A DNA stretch of 64,000 nt, from NCBI GenBank assembly GCA_963783385.1, contig CAWANJ010000009.1, positions 416,001-480,000 of the forward strand, read 5' to 3'. A program made the position numbers and the translations under genes. Of this stretch, positions 1 through 9,853 are shown one piece after another. This DNA comes from an uncultured Gemmatimonadales bacterium (GTDB lineage Bacteria > Gemmatimonadota > Gemmatimonadetes > Palauibacterales > Palauibacteraceae). Numbering within the stretch: position 1 is the stretch's first letter; each line of letters opens with the position of its first letter. The notes under the pieces are model-generated. The model did not search any database. It worked only from the letters and a program-made list of their open reading frames with translations, and was not told the DNA's origin.

Positions 1-90
1 GCAGAAGCGCTACCTCGCGTCGTGGCATCTGGGCACCTGACGCACGGGTGCTCGTCACTCGGACGGACGGGGCGGACGCGGGGAGGATCC

Positions 91-666
91 ATGGGGGAGC
101 CAATGCACGAAGTCACGGTCGCGAGCCTCGGGCTGGACAAGGCCTCGAACACACCGGTCGTGATTCTCAAGGAGAAGGAGGGCGACCGCGTCCTCGCCAT
201 CTGGATCGGTCCAGGCGAGGCGAGCGCCATCGCCATGAAGCTCGCCGGAATCCAGTTCTCCCGGCCCCTGACGCACGATCTCCTGAACACGGTGGTGCGG
301 GGGCTGGGAAGCGAGCTGGTGCGGGTGCTGATCACCAAGGTCGTCGAGAACACCTACTACGCCAGCCTCATCTTCCGCCGGGACGGCGAGCTCATCTCGA
401 TCGACTCGAGGCCCAGCGACAGCATCGCGCTGGCCCTGCGAGCCGAGGCGCCCATTTTCGCGGACGAGGATCTGCTCGAGCTCACGGCGCTGGAGATCGA
501 GGAGGCGGACTTCGAGCCGGGGGAGGCGGAGGCCGAATTCCTGGCCACCGGCGGCCAGACCGCCGAGCCCGAGACGACGGGCGCCGAGGAGGGTCCCCGG
601 GGGGAGGGTCTCCGGGAGTACCTGAAGGGGCTCAACCCGGAGGATTTCGGACGATTCACGCCTTAG
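91..666 (+). CDS. Bifunctional nuclease family protein (DUF151/BFN)
   Basis: TPVVILKE..RVLAIWIGPGEASAIA..RPLTHDL..IDSRPSDSIALALR is the DUF151 pattern. SD GGGAGG at 81-86; alternative start at 103. Confidence 0.9.
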   Translation: MGEPMHEVTVASLGLDKASNTPVVILKEKEGDRVLAIWIGPGEASAIAMKLAGIQFSRPLTHDLLNTVVRGLGSELVRVLITKVVENTYYASLIFRRDGELISIDSRPSDSIALALRAEAPIFADEDLLELTALEIEEADFEPGEAEAEFLATGGQTAEPETTGAEEGPRGEGLREYLKGLNPEDFGRFTP

Positions 667-683
667 GGCGCCCGGCCGAAGCG

Positions 684-2687
684 ATGAGCTGTGTGGATCG
701 GCCTCCAGCGGGGGCCGTGCGGAGGTTGGCAGTGGCGATCGCCGCCTTCGGGGCCCTTGTGATCGGGGGAACGGTGGCGCCCCGAGCCGTGCTCGCTCAG
801 CAGGCCAGCGCCATCCTCCACGGCCGCATCGTGCTGGGCCGGGACTCGGTCCCGGTGTCCGGCCAGCCCGTCATGCTGCACGGGATCACCGGCGACAGCG
901 GGGCGGCGCTGGACAGCGCCGTGACCGATCGGAAGGGCGCCTTCACCTTCACCCTCCAGGGGGATACGGCCCGCACCGTGTTCCTCGTCGCGGTCCGCTA
1001 CGACGACGTGCTCTACTTCGGCGATCCCATTCGGGAGGTGTCGCCCCCGGAGCCGTACGTCGTCCAGGTGTTTCCATCGCGTTCGATTCCCCGTCCGGAC
1101 ACCGTGCCCCTGACTCGCAGGAGCCTCGTGATCACCTACGAGGGTGGCGGGGCGCGCGTCCTGGACGCGATCCAGCTCGACAACGCGGGAGACACGGCCC
1201 TCGTGGCGTCGGGGTCGGGCGCGGGCGCGTGGCGCGTGGCGCTGCCCCAGGGTGCCGAGGACCCCCGGGCCCTGTCGGGGGACATGTTCCCCGGTGGGAT
1301 CCAGTTCCAGAGCGGCTTCGCGCTCCTCGAGCCCTCGCTGCGGCCGGGCACCTCGCAGGTCCTGATCCAGTATCGACTCCCCTCTGACAGGGCGCCGTCG
1401 CTCACGCCGGTCCACCCGGTCCAGCGGCTGGAAGTGCTGTGGAGCGGAACGGATCGGGATCTGATCGGGGCGGGCTTCCAACCCGCCGAGCCCGTGTCTT
1501 TCCACGGCGACACGTACCGTGCGCTGGTCGCCAGCTTCGTACCCGCCGGCACCAGTCTCACCATGGCCCTCACCGGCGGATCTTCGAAGACGGTGGCCTG
1601 GCTGTTCATCCTGACGGGCCTCCTGCTGGCGGCGGCCGCTTACGTGACCTGGCGGCGGACCGGTGGTCGGGGCACGGGCGGGGGGACCGTCGCGCTGGCG
1701 ATCCTCCTCGTCCTGGGACCGTGGAGCCGCGCGAACGCCGCGGAACGACCCTGCTGTCGGGACGCGCCCCGCCAGGATTCCTTCCAACTCCAGGACGACC
1801 TCGGGCGCACGGTTCGGCTCGCGGCTCCGCCGCGGCGCATCGTGTCCCTGGTGCCCGCGATGACCGAGCTCCTGTTCGCCGTGGGGGCGGGGAACCGGCT
1901 GGTGGGCAGGACGCGCTATGGTGTCCACCCTCCGGAGGCCCGGAGCGTCCCCTCCGTGGGCCAGGGCGTGCATCCGTCGGTGGAGACGGTCGTGGCGCGC
2001 CACCCGGATCTCGTCCTCGTGTACGCGGGTTCGGGCAGCCGTGCGGTCGTGAGGGAGCTGGACGGACTGGGCGTGCCGTCGCTGGCGGTGCGACACGACG
2101 ACTTCGCGGACCTGTACAGGAACATCGGCCGACTGGGGCTCCTCACGGCTCGTCCGCTGGCCGCCCGGGCGTTGGCCGCCCGCATCCGCTGCGAGCTCCG
2201 AACGGTGGCACGGGCCAGCGCGCGCTGGCCGCGCCGCTCGGTGTACCTGGATGTGTGGGAGGATCCGCCCTACACGGTTGGCTCGGGCAGCTATCTGGAC
2301 TCGCTCATTCGCGTAGCGGGCGGACGCGACGTGTTCGGGGACCTGCCGCAGGCGTCCCCGAGGGTGAGCCTCGAGGCCATCGCCGCGCGGGACCCCGACG
2401 TGGTCATCGTGCCTCGCAGCGTCCGGGGCCGCCTGGACCCGAGCCGCCGGCCGGCGTGGCGAGCGATACCTGCCGTGGCCGCCGGCCGTGTTCGGGAGGT
2501 GGACGGAGACCTCATCGATCGGCTCGGGCCTCGAGTGGGGGAGGCGGCCGGTGCCCTGGCCGCGGCGATCCACCCGGAGCTGGCCGGGGACCCGTCGGTC
2601 AGCGATCCGGCGCGTGCTTGCGGCGGAATCGGCCCTCCCGGCGGGAATTTGGGCCGGGCTCGGGACGACTCCGGCGGGAGGATCTGA
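684..2687 (+). CDS. Membrane-anchored fusion: exported N-terminal beta domain, TM segments and a C-terminal BtuF-like (helical-backbone) cobalamin/metal-chelate binding domain
   Basis: Signal-like N-terminus, hydrophobic segment VAWLFILTGLLLAAAAYV, then DDLGRTVRLAAPPRRIVSLVPAMTELLFAVGAG..PSVETVVARHPDLV, typical of BtuF/FeCT substrate-binding proteins. Start chosen at ATG 684. Confidence 0.75.
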   Translation: MSCVDRPPAGAVRRLAVAIAAFGALVIGGTVAPRAVLAQQASAILHGRIVLGRDSVPVSGQPVMLHGITGDSGAALDSAVTDRKGAFTFTLQGDTARTVFLVAVRYDDVLYFGDPIREVSPPEPYVVQVFPSRSIPRPDTVPLTRRSLVITYEGGGARVLDAIQLDNAGDTALVASGSGAGAWRVALPQGAEDPRALSGDMFPGGIQFQSGFALLEPSLRPGTSQVLIQYRLPSDRAPSLTPVHPVQRLEVLWSGTDRDLIGAGFQPAEPVSFHGDTYRALVASFVPAGTSLTMALTGGSSKTVAWLFILTGLLLAAAAYVTWRRTGGRGTGGGTVALAILLVLGPWSRANAAERPCCRDAPRQDSFQLQDDLGRTVRLAAPPRRIVSLVPAMTELLFAVGAGNRLVGRTRYGVHPPEARSVPSVGQGVHPSVETVVARHPDLVLVYAGSGSRAVVRELDGLGVPSLAVRHDDFADLYRNIGRLGLLTARPLAARALAARIRCELRTVARASARWPRRSVYLDVWEDPPYTVGSGSYLDSLIRVAGGRDVFGDLPQASPRVSLEAIAARDPDVVIVPRSVRGRLDPSRRPAWRAIPAVAAGRVREVDGDLIDRLGPRVGEAAGALAAAIHPELAGDPSVSDPARACGGIGPPGGNLGRARDDSGGRI

Positions 2688-2695
2688 GGCGGCCC

Positions 2696-3436
2696 GTGCC
2701 CATCGTCATGACCCGGGCCGTGGTGCTGCAGACCTACGCTTACAGCGACACCAGCAAGATCCTGCGTCTCATGACGCGGGAGCACGGTCCGCGTTCGGCC
2801 ATCGCCAAGGGTGCCCGCCGTCCGGGGAACCGCTTCGGAGGGCTCATCGAGCCCTTCGCCGAGGGAATGGCCACGCTGTACATGCGCGAGGGCCGCGACC
2901 TCCACACCCTCTCCGCGTTCGACCTCGTCCGGGAGCGACAGGCCCTCGGCCGCGACCTGGAGCGGTTCGCGGGTGCTTCGGTCCTGTGCGAGGTCGTCAT
3001 GCGACTGGCGCCCGAGCACCGGGATGATCGGTTGTTCGGGGCCCTGGTGCGTGGTCTCGACGAGCTCCTGGCCGCCCCCCGGGAATCGGTCGAGGGCACG
3101 GCGCTGCGCGCCATCTGGCGACTGGTGGCGGTCCTCGGCTTCGCTCCCGATCCGGCGCGCTGCGCGACGTGCGGTCGGCCGCTGGCGAGGGGGCAGGGGG
3201 CCCGCTTCGACTTCGGGGCCGGGGGCCTGGTGTGCGCCTCCTGCGGAGGGCAGGGACCCCACCTCGCGCCCGAGGAGGTCGGGGTTCTCCGGAGCCTCCT
3301 CGCCCGAGGCGAGCCACCGGCCCGACCCGGGCGCCGTCACCGCCGACTCGTGGCCGACTTCATCCGCTACCACGTGGCCGAGGGCACGCACCTGCGGTCG
3401 CTGGCGTTCTTGGAGCGAGGGGAGGGGGGCGCGTGA
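2696..3436 (+). CDS. recO: DNA repair protein RecO
   Basis: [32 protein letters not shown]-terminal OB fold plus CxxC..CxxC zinc finger. Confidence 0.93.
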   Translation: MPIVMTRAVVLQTYAYSDTSKILRLMTREHGPRSAIAKGARRPGNRFGGLIEPFAEGMATLYMREGRDLHTLSAFDLVRERQALGRDLERFAGASVLCEVVMRLAPEHRDDRLFGALVRGLDELLAAPRESVEGTALRAIWRLVAVLGFAPDPARCATCGRPLARGQGARFDFGAGGLVCASCGGQGPHLAPEEVGVLRSLLARGEPPARPGRRHRRLVADFIRYHVAEGTHLRSLAFLERGEGGA

Positions 3437-5335
3437 GGGCCTTCGTCATCGGGACGGCGGGCCACGTCGACCACGGTAAGACCACGCTCGTCAGGGCCCT
3501 GACCGGAGTGGACACGGACCGGTGGCGCGAGGAGAAGGAGCGGGGCCTTACCATCGACCTCGGCTTCGCGCGGCTGCCGACGGGGGAGGGCAGCGACCTG
3601 GAGGTCGGGATGGTGGACGTGCCCGGCCACGAGGACTTCGTCAAGAACATGCTGGCCGGCGCCACCGGAATCGACCTGCTGCTCCTCGTGGTGGCGGCCG
3701 ACGAGGGACCCATGCCGCAGACGCGTGAGCACCTGGTGATCGCGCGTCTGCTCGGCGTGAAAGCCGGGGTGGTGGCGCTCACCAAGGTGGACCGGGTCGA
3801 GCCGGAGTGGCAGGAACTGGCCGCCGAGACGGTGCGGGACGAGCTCCGCCTCGTCCTCGGACGCAACGACTGGCCGGTGATCCCGGTGTCGCCGGTGGCA
3901 TCGACAGGCGTCGAGGAGCTGCGCGAAGCGCTCGTGTGCCGTGCCGGTTCGCTGGACCCGCGGCGGCAGGACGATCTGTTCCGCCTCCCGGTAGACCGGG
4001 CGTTCAGCGTCAGGGGAGCGGGCACCGTGGTCACGGGCACGACGTGGAGCGGTCGCGTGCGGGTCGGAGACGACGTCCGGCTCCTGCCCGGCGGGACCAC
4101 GGCCCGCAGTCCGCACCCTCCAGGTTCACGGCGAGGACCGCGAGGAGGTCGGACCCGGCCGGCGGTGCGCCCTGGCGCTGGTGGGCGTCGACGCTGACGC
4201 GGTCCCCCGTGGCACCGTCGCGGTCGTGGGCGCGGGCTGGTCGGAGGCCGCCGTGATCGGCGCCCACCTGACCATCCCCTCCTGTCTCGATCGGTCCATC
4301 GAGCCGGGTCAACGCGTGCGGGTCTTCCTGGGGACGCGCGAAGTCATGGCTCGGGTCGACCCCGCCGACGGGACGCTGGAGCCGGGTGCAGAGGGTTGGG
4401 CGAGGCTTCGTCTGGAGCGGCCTCTCGTGGCTCGCACGGGCGATCGCTTCGTGGTCCGATTCTACTCTCCGGTGGCCGTGGTCGCCGGCGGGCGCGTCGC
4501 CGAGGTCGATCCTCCCGGAGACTGGCGGAGCCGGACGGACCGCTGGCTGGGGCTCCTGGAGGGCGAGCCGGCGACGTCCCTGGCCGCCGCGACGGCCCTG
4601 CGGGAGGGTCGGGGCCTGACGGCCGTCGAGGCGCCTCTGCTGACCGGCCTGGCGCCGGCCGAGGTGACCCGGGCCGCGGAGCGGGGGCCGGAGGTCCTCC
4701 GCGTGGGCGATCGCTGGTTCGCCGCCCACACCGAGGAATCCTGCAGAGCGGCGCTGCTGGAGGGCCTGGCGGAGCTCCATCGGAAGGCGCGACGCACCCG
4801 CGCCGCCTCCCTGGCCGCGCTGCGGCGGCGGGTGGAGGCGAGTTTCGCCGGGCCGCTAATCGACCACTGCATGGCGACGCTCGTCCGGGCCGGCGAGGTC
4901 GTCGTGGAAGGGCCCAGGGTGAAGCTCCCGGGCCATCGCGTACAGCTCACATCCGCCGAGGAGCAGGCCCGGGAGGCCATCGTGCGAGCCGTCGAAGCCG
5001 GAGGGCTCGAGCCTCCCATGGTAGCCGATCTATCGGAGGGCGCCGGTGGGGACGCGGGGCTCCTCCACGACCTCCTGGGGCTCCTCGTCGAGGACGAGCG
5101 CGTCGTGGCGGTGAACCCGGACCTGTACGTGTCCCGTGGAACGGAGCGGGAGCTGCGCGAGCGTGTGCGTCGCGTCCTGGCCCGCACCACTCCGGCCCAG
5201 GCGTCCGAGTTCAAGGAGGCCCTGGGCGTCAGCCGCCGCTACCTCATCCCGTATCTCGAGTACATGGACGCCGAGGGGGTGACCCGGAGGACGTCCGAGG
5301 GCCGGGTGCCCGGCCCCGCGCCTCAGTCGAGGTGA
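3433..5335 (+). CDS. selB: Selenocysteine-specific elongation factor SelB, split by one extra base at about 4108 (probable assembly error)
   Basis: [40 protein letters not shown] and the C-terminal winged helix [15 protein letters not shown]. Removing A4108 gives [10 protein letters not shown] and joins ORFs 3169-4197 and 4181-5335. Confidence 0.92.
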
Positions 5336-5679
5336 TACAGGAAGCAGCCGCAGTTTTCGCACACGTCGAGGCCCTCGTTCCGCTCGATGTCCGAGGCCCA
5401 GGCCGTCGGCACGGCCATGAAGCAACCGTAACAGATTCCGCCGACGACGGGCACGACCATCCGGTCACGGGCGCCCTTCAGGCGCTCGTAGCGGTTGCGG
5501 ACACCCGTCTCGAGCCGGTCTTCGAGCTCCCCCAGCTTCTCGTCGATCCGAAGGACCGCCTCGTCGGGCTCGATGTCGAAGAGCTCGGACTCCATTCGGC
5601 CCAGGTCCTGCTCCGCGAGAGCCGCGCGCTGCGACCGGAGGTCCTGCATCTCCAGGAGGATCTCGAGCTGCGCATGCAC
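5323..5679 (-). CDS. C4-type zinc-ribbon domain protein (short form)
   Basis: Short coiled coil, then [23 protein letters not shown]; GTG start 5 bp downstream of the PTS IIA stop. Confidence 0.8.
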   Translation of the reverse strand: MHAQLEILLEMQDLRSQRAALAEQDLGRMESELFDIEPDEAVLRIDEKLGELEDRLETGVRNRYERLKGARDRMVVPVVGGICYGCFMAVPTAWASDIERNEGLDVCENCGCFLYHLD

Positions 5680-5683
5680 GGGC

Positions 5684-6136
5684 TCAGGCTCCCCTGGTTT
5701 CGAGGAGCTCCATGAACTCCTCCGGGCTGTCGAGCTCGTCCAGGTGCTCGGCGATGTCCGCCTCCTTGCTGAACTGGGCGATCTTCCCGAGGACCGGGAG
5801 ATACTGGTTGGACACCTCGAGAGGGGGGGCGACGATGAGGAAGATGTGGTGGACGGGCTTCCCGTCGATGGCCTTGAAGTCCACACCCTCTTTCTTGCGA
5901 CCGAAGGCCACCCGGAGCCGGTTCACCACCAGCGAGCGGCAGTGGGGGATGGCGATCCCGCGTCCGATGCCGGTCGAGCCCAGGTTCTCCCTTCGCTTGA
6001 GCATCTTGAACAGAATGCCCTCGGACTTCTCGTCGAGGTCCAGTAGACCTACGAGCTCCTTGAGCACGTCGTCTTTCGTGTCGCCCTCGAGCTCCAGACG
6101 GATGGCCTCGGGGCTGAAGAAATCACGCAGCTGCAT
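5684..6136 (-). CDS. PTS EIIA component, PtsN/fructose-mannitol type
   Basis: RRENLGSTGIGRGIAIPHCR phospho-His motif and FKAIDGKPVHHIFLIVAP. Confidence 0.92.
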   Translation of the reverse strand: MQLRDFFSPEAIRLELEGDTKDDVLKELVGLLDLDEKSEGILFKMLKRRENLGSTGIGRGIAIPHCRSLVVNRLRVAFGRKKEGVDFKAIDGKPVHHIFLIVAPPLEVSNQYLPVLGKIAQFSKEADIAEHLDELDSPEEFMELLETRGA

Positions 6137-6220
6137 CTATCGACTCCTCCCCACTGGGGCGCGCTATGCGTTCACGGATCCTCCCCGGGGAACGGGTCGC
6201 GCCCGTCCCGGGACCGAGCC

Positions 6221-6250
6221 AGTATATTCCGGTGCCAGAAAGGGTGTCAA
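6221..6250 (-). promoter_or_regulatory. Sigma70-type promoter for the PTS IIA / zinc-ribbon operon
   Basis: Minus strand TTGACA (6250-6245), 18-bp spacer, TATACT (6226-6221). Confidence 0.65.
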
Positions 6251-6396
6251 AGGCGCGGGGGACGCCGACCCCGGTTCCGGTGCGGCCCGCAGGACGCTCC
6301 CGGACGAGGCGAGACCGGCTCTGGCGTGGGTCCCGCCAGCGACCCAGCTTGGGTGAACATGCAGGAAGTGCACCGCTTCTCGGGTCTTACAGGAGC

Positions 6397-7188
6397 ATGA
6401 CGGTTCGACGAGAGCGTCTTCGCGAGCTGCTGGATGGTCTCGCGCGCGGTGAGATCTCGCGCGAGGAGCTCCTCCGGGTCCTGGACCGGGACCCGGTGGA
6501 GCGTCTCCCGTTCGCGGTCTTGGACCATCATCGATCGCTGCGCCTCGGGCATCCCGAGGCGATTCTCTGCGAGGGGAAGTCGACGGAGCAGGTGATGGAG
6601 ATCGCCCGGCGCATGGCGGACCGGGGCGAGGGCTTCCTGGCCACCCGGGCGGGGCACGACGTTCTGGACCGGCTCGAGCGAGCCTTCCCGGAGCTGGAGG
6701 TCTCGCGTCCGGGCCGTATCGCCCATCTGCCCGCCGCGGACGGACACCGTCCGCGAGTCCTGGGGACGGTGCTGGTCGTGTCGGCCGGCACGGCCGACAT
6801 CCCGGTGGCCGAGGAGGCGGCGTTGACGGCGAGGGCACACGGAAATCCAGTCGAATTGCGCTACGACGTCGGCGTGGCCGGGCTCCATCGGATCCTGGAG
6901 GTGCGGGACGAGCTGCAGGAGGCCGCCGTCGTCATCGTGGTCGCGGGCATGGACGGGGCCCTGCCCTCGGTGGTGGGCGGCCTGGTGGGCACGCCCGTCG
7001 TGGCGGTGCCGACCAGCACCGGCTACGGTGCGGCGGCGGGCGGCGTGGCGGCGCTGCACGCCATGCTGTGCTCGTGTGCCCCGGGAGTGTGCGTGGTGAA
7101 CATCGACAATGGATACGGGGCGGGCTGCGCGGCCACCCGCATCAACCAGTCGGCCCTGGCTCGGGCCGACGTCGCCGGGGACGGCTGA
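6397..7188 (+). CDS. larB: Nickel-pincer cofactor biosynthesis protein LarB (PurE-like)
   Basis: DHHRSLRLGHPEAILCEGKS, SAGTADIPVAEEA, DVGVAGLHR, AGMDGALPSVVGGL, VVNIDNGYGA. SD AGGAG. Confidence 0.92.
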   Translation: MTVRRERLRELLDGLARGEISREELLRVLDRDPVERLPFAVLDHHRSLRLGHPEAILCEGKSTEQVMEIARRMADRGEGFLATRAGHDVLDRLERAFPELEVSRPGRIAHLPAADGHRPRVLGTVLVVSAGTADIPVAEEAALTARAHGNPVELRYDVGVAGLHRILEVRDELQEAAVVIVVAGMDGALPSVVGGLVGTPVVAVPTSTGYGAAAGGVAALHAMLCSCAPGVCVVNIDNGYGAGCAATRINQSALARADVAGDG

Positions 7189-7252
7189 CTTGAAGCGTCC
7201 CGGCTGGTGGCCCGCGAACCTGTGGTTCTCCGGCGGCGCCGACGGAGCGCCT

Positions 7253-7720
7253 GTGAGCGGCGGAGGGCCGAGGCTACCCGAGCGCGCGCCCACGCGCATG
7301 GCGAGCGATCCGGGCCGGGAGCCGCCGGCCCGCAGCTTCCTGCGAACGCTGCTCGCCATGTTGGGCGCGGAGCGTGCGTCCGTGTGGGTCTACCGCCGGG
7401 ACGAGGGGACGTGGAACGTGGAGCGCGAGGTGTGCTCCGAGGACGGGCTCCGGCCGGAGGGCGGTGGTCCGGTGCCGGCGGAGGGGCACCCCTTCACGTG
7501 GGCGCTTCGCGAGGGCCTCGTGCTCCAGCTCCCCTCCGAGCGGTTGGGATCCATGGCGCCGGGAAGCGGGTGGACGTTGCTCGGCGTGGTCCCGGGTAGC
7601 CGCCGTGCCCTGTCGCTCGAGTTCGTGGGCTCGCCGCCCGCGGCCGCGCGTCGAGGACTGGAGGCGGCCCTCTGCCACCTGGCCGACCTCGAGCGGGCTG
7701 GATACCTGCGACCGACCTGA
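7253..7720 (+). CDS. Hypothetical protein (possibly a degenerate GAF-like domain)
   Basis: ORF fills the larB-ssrA gap; LGAERASVWVY resembles GAF starts. Start uncertain (7253 or 7298). Confidence 0.5.
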   Translation: MSGGGPRLPERAPTRMASDPGREPPARSFLRTLLAMLGAERASVWVYRRDEGTWNVEREVCSEDGLRPEGGGPVPAEGHPFTWALREGLVLQLPSERLGSMAPGSGWTLLGVVPGSRRALSLEFVGSPPAAARRGLEAALCHLADLERAGYLRPT

Positions 7721-7831
7721 GTTCTGGAACCGCGGGATAGATCCCCGGATCCTTCCGGGGGGGCGCGTGTATCCGGTGAGCGAGAGGCGGGTCGGCATCT
7801 GGATGCGTGCCCGCCGGATGATTGACAACCT

Positions 7832-8194
7832 GGGGGCGACCAGGCTTCGACGTGAGCGTCGGAAGTCGTGGGAGCGTGCCGAGGTGCTCGGGTCCTCGTT
7901 AAACACCGGGAAACGCTTTAACTGCCAACGACAACTTGGCACTGGCTGCGTAACTTAACGTAGCCCGTCTTCCGATCGGCCGGGCCCGAGGCGGGTCGGT
8001 AGACGACGACGTATCGGGCTGGTCCTGGACGTAGGCCTCGAGCGTTCTGGACGAGAGGGCGAGAGCCTCTTCGTGGCTGGCCGATGATGGGTCGCCTGCG
8101 GACCCGGATCCGGCGAGATTTCGAGCGCAGGCTACGCACGTAGAGACCACGTCGGATGGGTTCGCGGACGCGGGTTCGATTCCCGCCGCCTCCA
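7832..8194 (+). ncRNA. ssrA: tmRNA; tag peptide (A)ANDNLALAA
   Basis: 5' GGGGGCGAC..GGCTTCGAC pairs with 3' CGCCTCCA; T-arm GCGGGTTCGATTCCCGC; tag ORF 7924-7953 ends in TAA. CCA is not encoded. Confidence 0.97.
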
Positions 8195-8197
8195 TGC

Positions 8198-8239
8198 TTC
8201 CGTGATGCCGCCGACCGGCGACATCACGGAATTTTTTTT
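8198..8239 (+). terminator. Rho-independent terminator after ssrA
   Basis: Stem TTCCGTGATG..CATCACGGAA followed by T8. Confidence 0.85.
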
Positions 8240-8333
8240 CATCGACGTCAGGACACGCCTTTACCCACTCTCCAGGCCGGGCCGCCAGGTCCCGCTTCGG
8301 CGGTCGCCGGAACCGTGCAGGCAGGAGGTACAC

Positions 8334-8828
8334 GTGCTCGAGGATCTCAAGCAGAAGCTGAACGACGAAGCCGAGCAGCTCCTCCATGAGCTCAACGTCA
8401 CGCTGCCGGCCGAGATCGAGAAGGCCGTCGCCCAGGGCGACCTGCGGGAGAACTCCGAGTACTCGGCCGCCCTCGACCGTCAGCAGTTCGTGCAGGCCCG
8501 CCTCGGCTACATCTCGAGACGCATGTCGGAGCTCACCGAGCTAGACCTGGAGACGATCCCCGACGATCGCGTGGGCTTCGGCTCGCGCGTCCGGGTGCTG
8601 GACCTCTCCGACGAGGTCGAGGAGGTCTTCACCCTGGCGTTCGGGGACTTCATCGACTTCGAGAACTCCGAGATCTCCATGGCCTCGCCGATCGGCAAGG
8701 CCCTGCTCGGGAGCTTCGAAGGGGAGGAGGTGTCCGTGTCCACGCCCGGCGGCCAACTGCGCTATCGGATCGTGGAGGTGACCACGATTCACGAGTTGGC
8801 CGACGAGGACGGCGACTCCTCTGACTAG
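8334..8828 (+). CDS. GreA/GreB family transcription elongation factor
   Basis: AVAQGDLRENSEYSAA and ISMASPIGKALLG; SD AGGAGG before GTG. Confidence 0.92.
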   Translation: MLEDLKQKLNDEAEQLLHELNVTLPAEIEKAVAQGDLRENSEYSAALDRQQFVQARLGYISRRMSELTELDLETIPDDRVGFGSRVRVLDLSDEVEEVFTLAFGDFIDFENSEISMASPIGKALLGSFEGEEVSVSTPGGQLRYRIVEVTTIHELADEDGDSSD

Positions 8829-9805
8829 AAGACCTTGACCGGCGGGATGTACTTCTTGGGGTGTTCCCGGACGTCGGCCAGCATGGCGTTGAGGTCGACC
8901 AGCGACTTGAGGACCTGCTCGTAGAGGGAGTCCGAGACCACGGCCCTCCCCATGCTGCCTTCGCCGCGCACCAGCTTGCCCAGTAGCTCGTTGGCCCGCG
9001 CGGCCGCCCCGTGCAGCTCGGCGTAGAGAGAGTCCGACGCCACCATCCGACCCAGCGTGCCCTGGCCCGAGACCACCCGGCTCGTCAGCGTGTCCAGCCC
9101 CGCTGTCAGGCCGACGAGGTTGCCGTAGAGCGTCGAGTCCGTGAGGAGCTGCCCCAGGGCACCCTGGCCGGCGTTCACGCGGCGCAGAAAGCGGTCCAGG
9201 GACAGGCTCAACCGGGACACGTTGCCGTACAGGGAATCGTCGACCAGCATGCGGCCCAGGCTTCCATGGCCGGCCAGTATCTCCCTGGTGATGGAGTCGA
9301 GCCTGGCCGCGAGCTCACCCAGTCCGGTCACCGCGTCCGAGCCCTTCCGCAGGATGGCCTGGTAGTCCAGGGGCTCCGAGGCCGGCAGCGTGTCTCCCTG
9401 CTCGAGGATCCGGCTCCCCTCCGACCCCGGTTCGATGTCGATGACCCGATCCCCGAGGAGGCCCTGGGTCCGGACCTTGGCCTTCGAGTCCGCGCGAATC
9501 TGCTCCTGGACCTCGCGGTTCACCGCCAGCCACACGGCCACGGCCTCCCCCGTCCGCGCGCGTTGAGCCGGCGCCAGCCACTCGACCCGATCCACCTGTC
9601 CGACGTTCTGGCCGGCGAGCTGGACGGCCGCTCCCGGGACCAGCCCCTCGGCCGATCGCATGAGCGTGACCATCTCGTAGCGGCGCCCGAACACGTGCCC
9701 CACCTGGCCGATGTAGAAGGTACCCACGGCCAGGATGGCGAGTCCGACGAGGAGCAGGATGCCCACCCTGAGCTGGTCCCAGGTCACCGCGCGCGACCGC
9801 CTCAT
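8825..9805 (-). CDS. mlaD: MlaD/MCE family protein
   Basis: N-terminal TM, GLVPGAAVQLAGQNVGQV, TQGLLGDRVIDI, helical repeats GxGTLGR. Confidence 0.88.
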   Translation of the reverse strand: MRRSRAVTWDQLRVGILLLVGLAILAVGTFYIGQVGHVFGRRYEMVTLMRSAEGLVPGAAVQLAGQNVGQVDRVEWLAPAQRARTGEAVAVWLAVNREVQEQIRADSKAKVRTQGLLGDRVIDIEPGSEGSRILEQGDTLPASEPLDYQAILRKGSDAVTGLGELAARLDSITREILAGHGSLGRMLVDDSLYGNVSRLSLSLDRFLRRVNAGQGALGQLLTDSTLYGNLVGLTAGLDTLTSRVVSGQGTLGRMVASDSLYAELHGAAARANELLGKLVRGEGSMGRAVVSDSLYEQVLKSLVDLNAMLADVREHPKKYIPPVKVF

Positions 9806-9853
9806 CGTCGGCCCCCCGGAAGACGCCGATCCACGTGCGGGTCGGACCGCCGG

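Noticed and set aside
600-700. Cobalamin riboswitch before the BtuF-like gene
   Set aside because: The intergenic gap is only 17 bp and there is no B12 box.
4100-4115. Programmed ribosomal frameshift in selB
   Set aside because: There is no slippery heptamer, and several other genes show similar single-base breaks.
6397-7188. Lone larB as a novel nickel system linked to the hydrogenase
   Set aside because: larB, larC and larE are often dispersed in genomes, and nothing in the sequence ties larB to the hydrogenase 19 kb away.
7832-8334. Element integrated at ssrA
   Set aside because: The tmRNA is followed directly by its terminator and the Gre factor gene, with no att repeat or foreign DNA.
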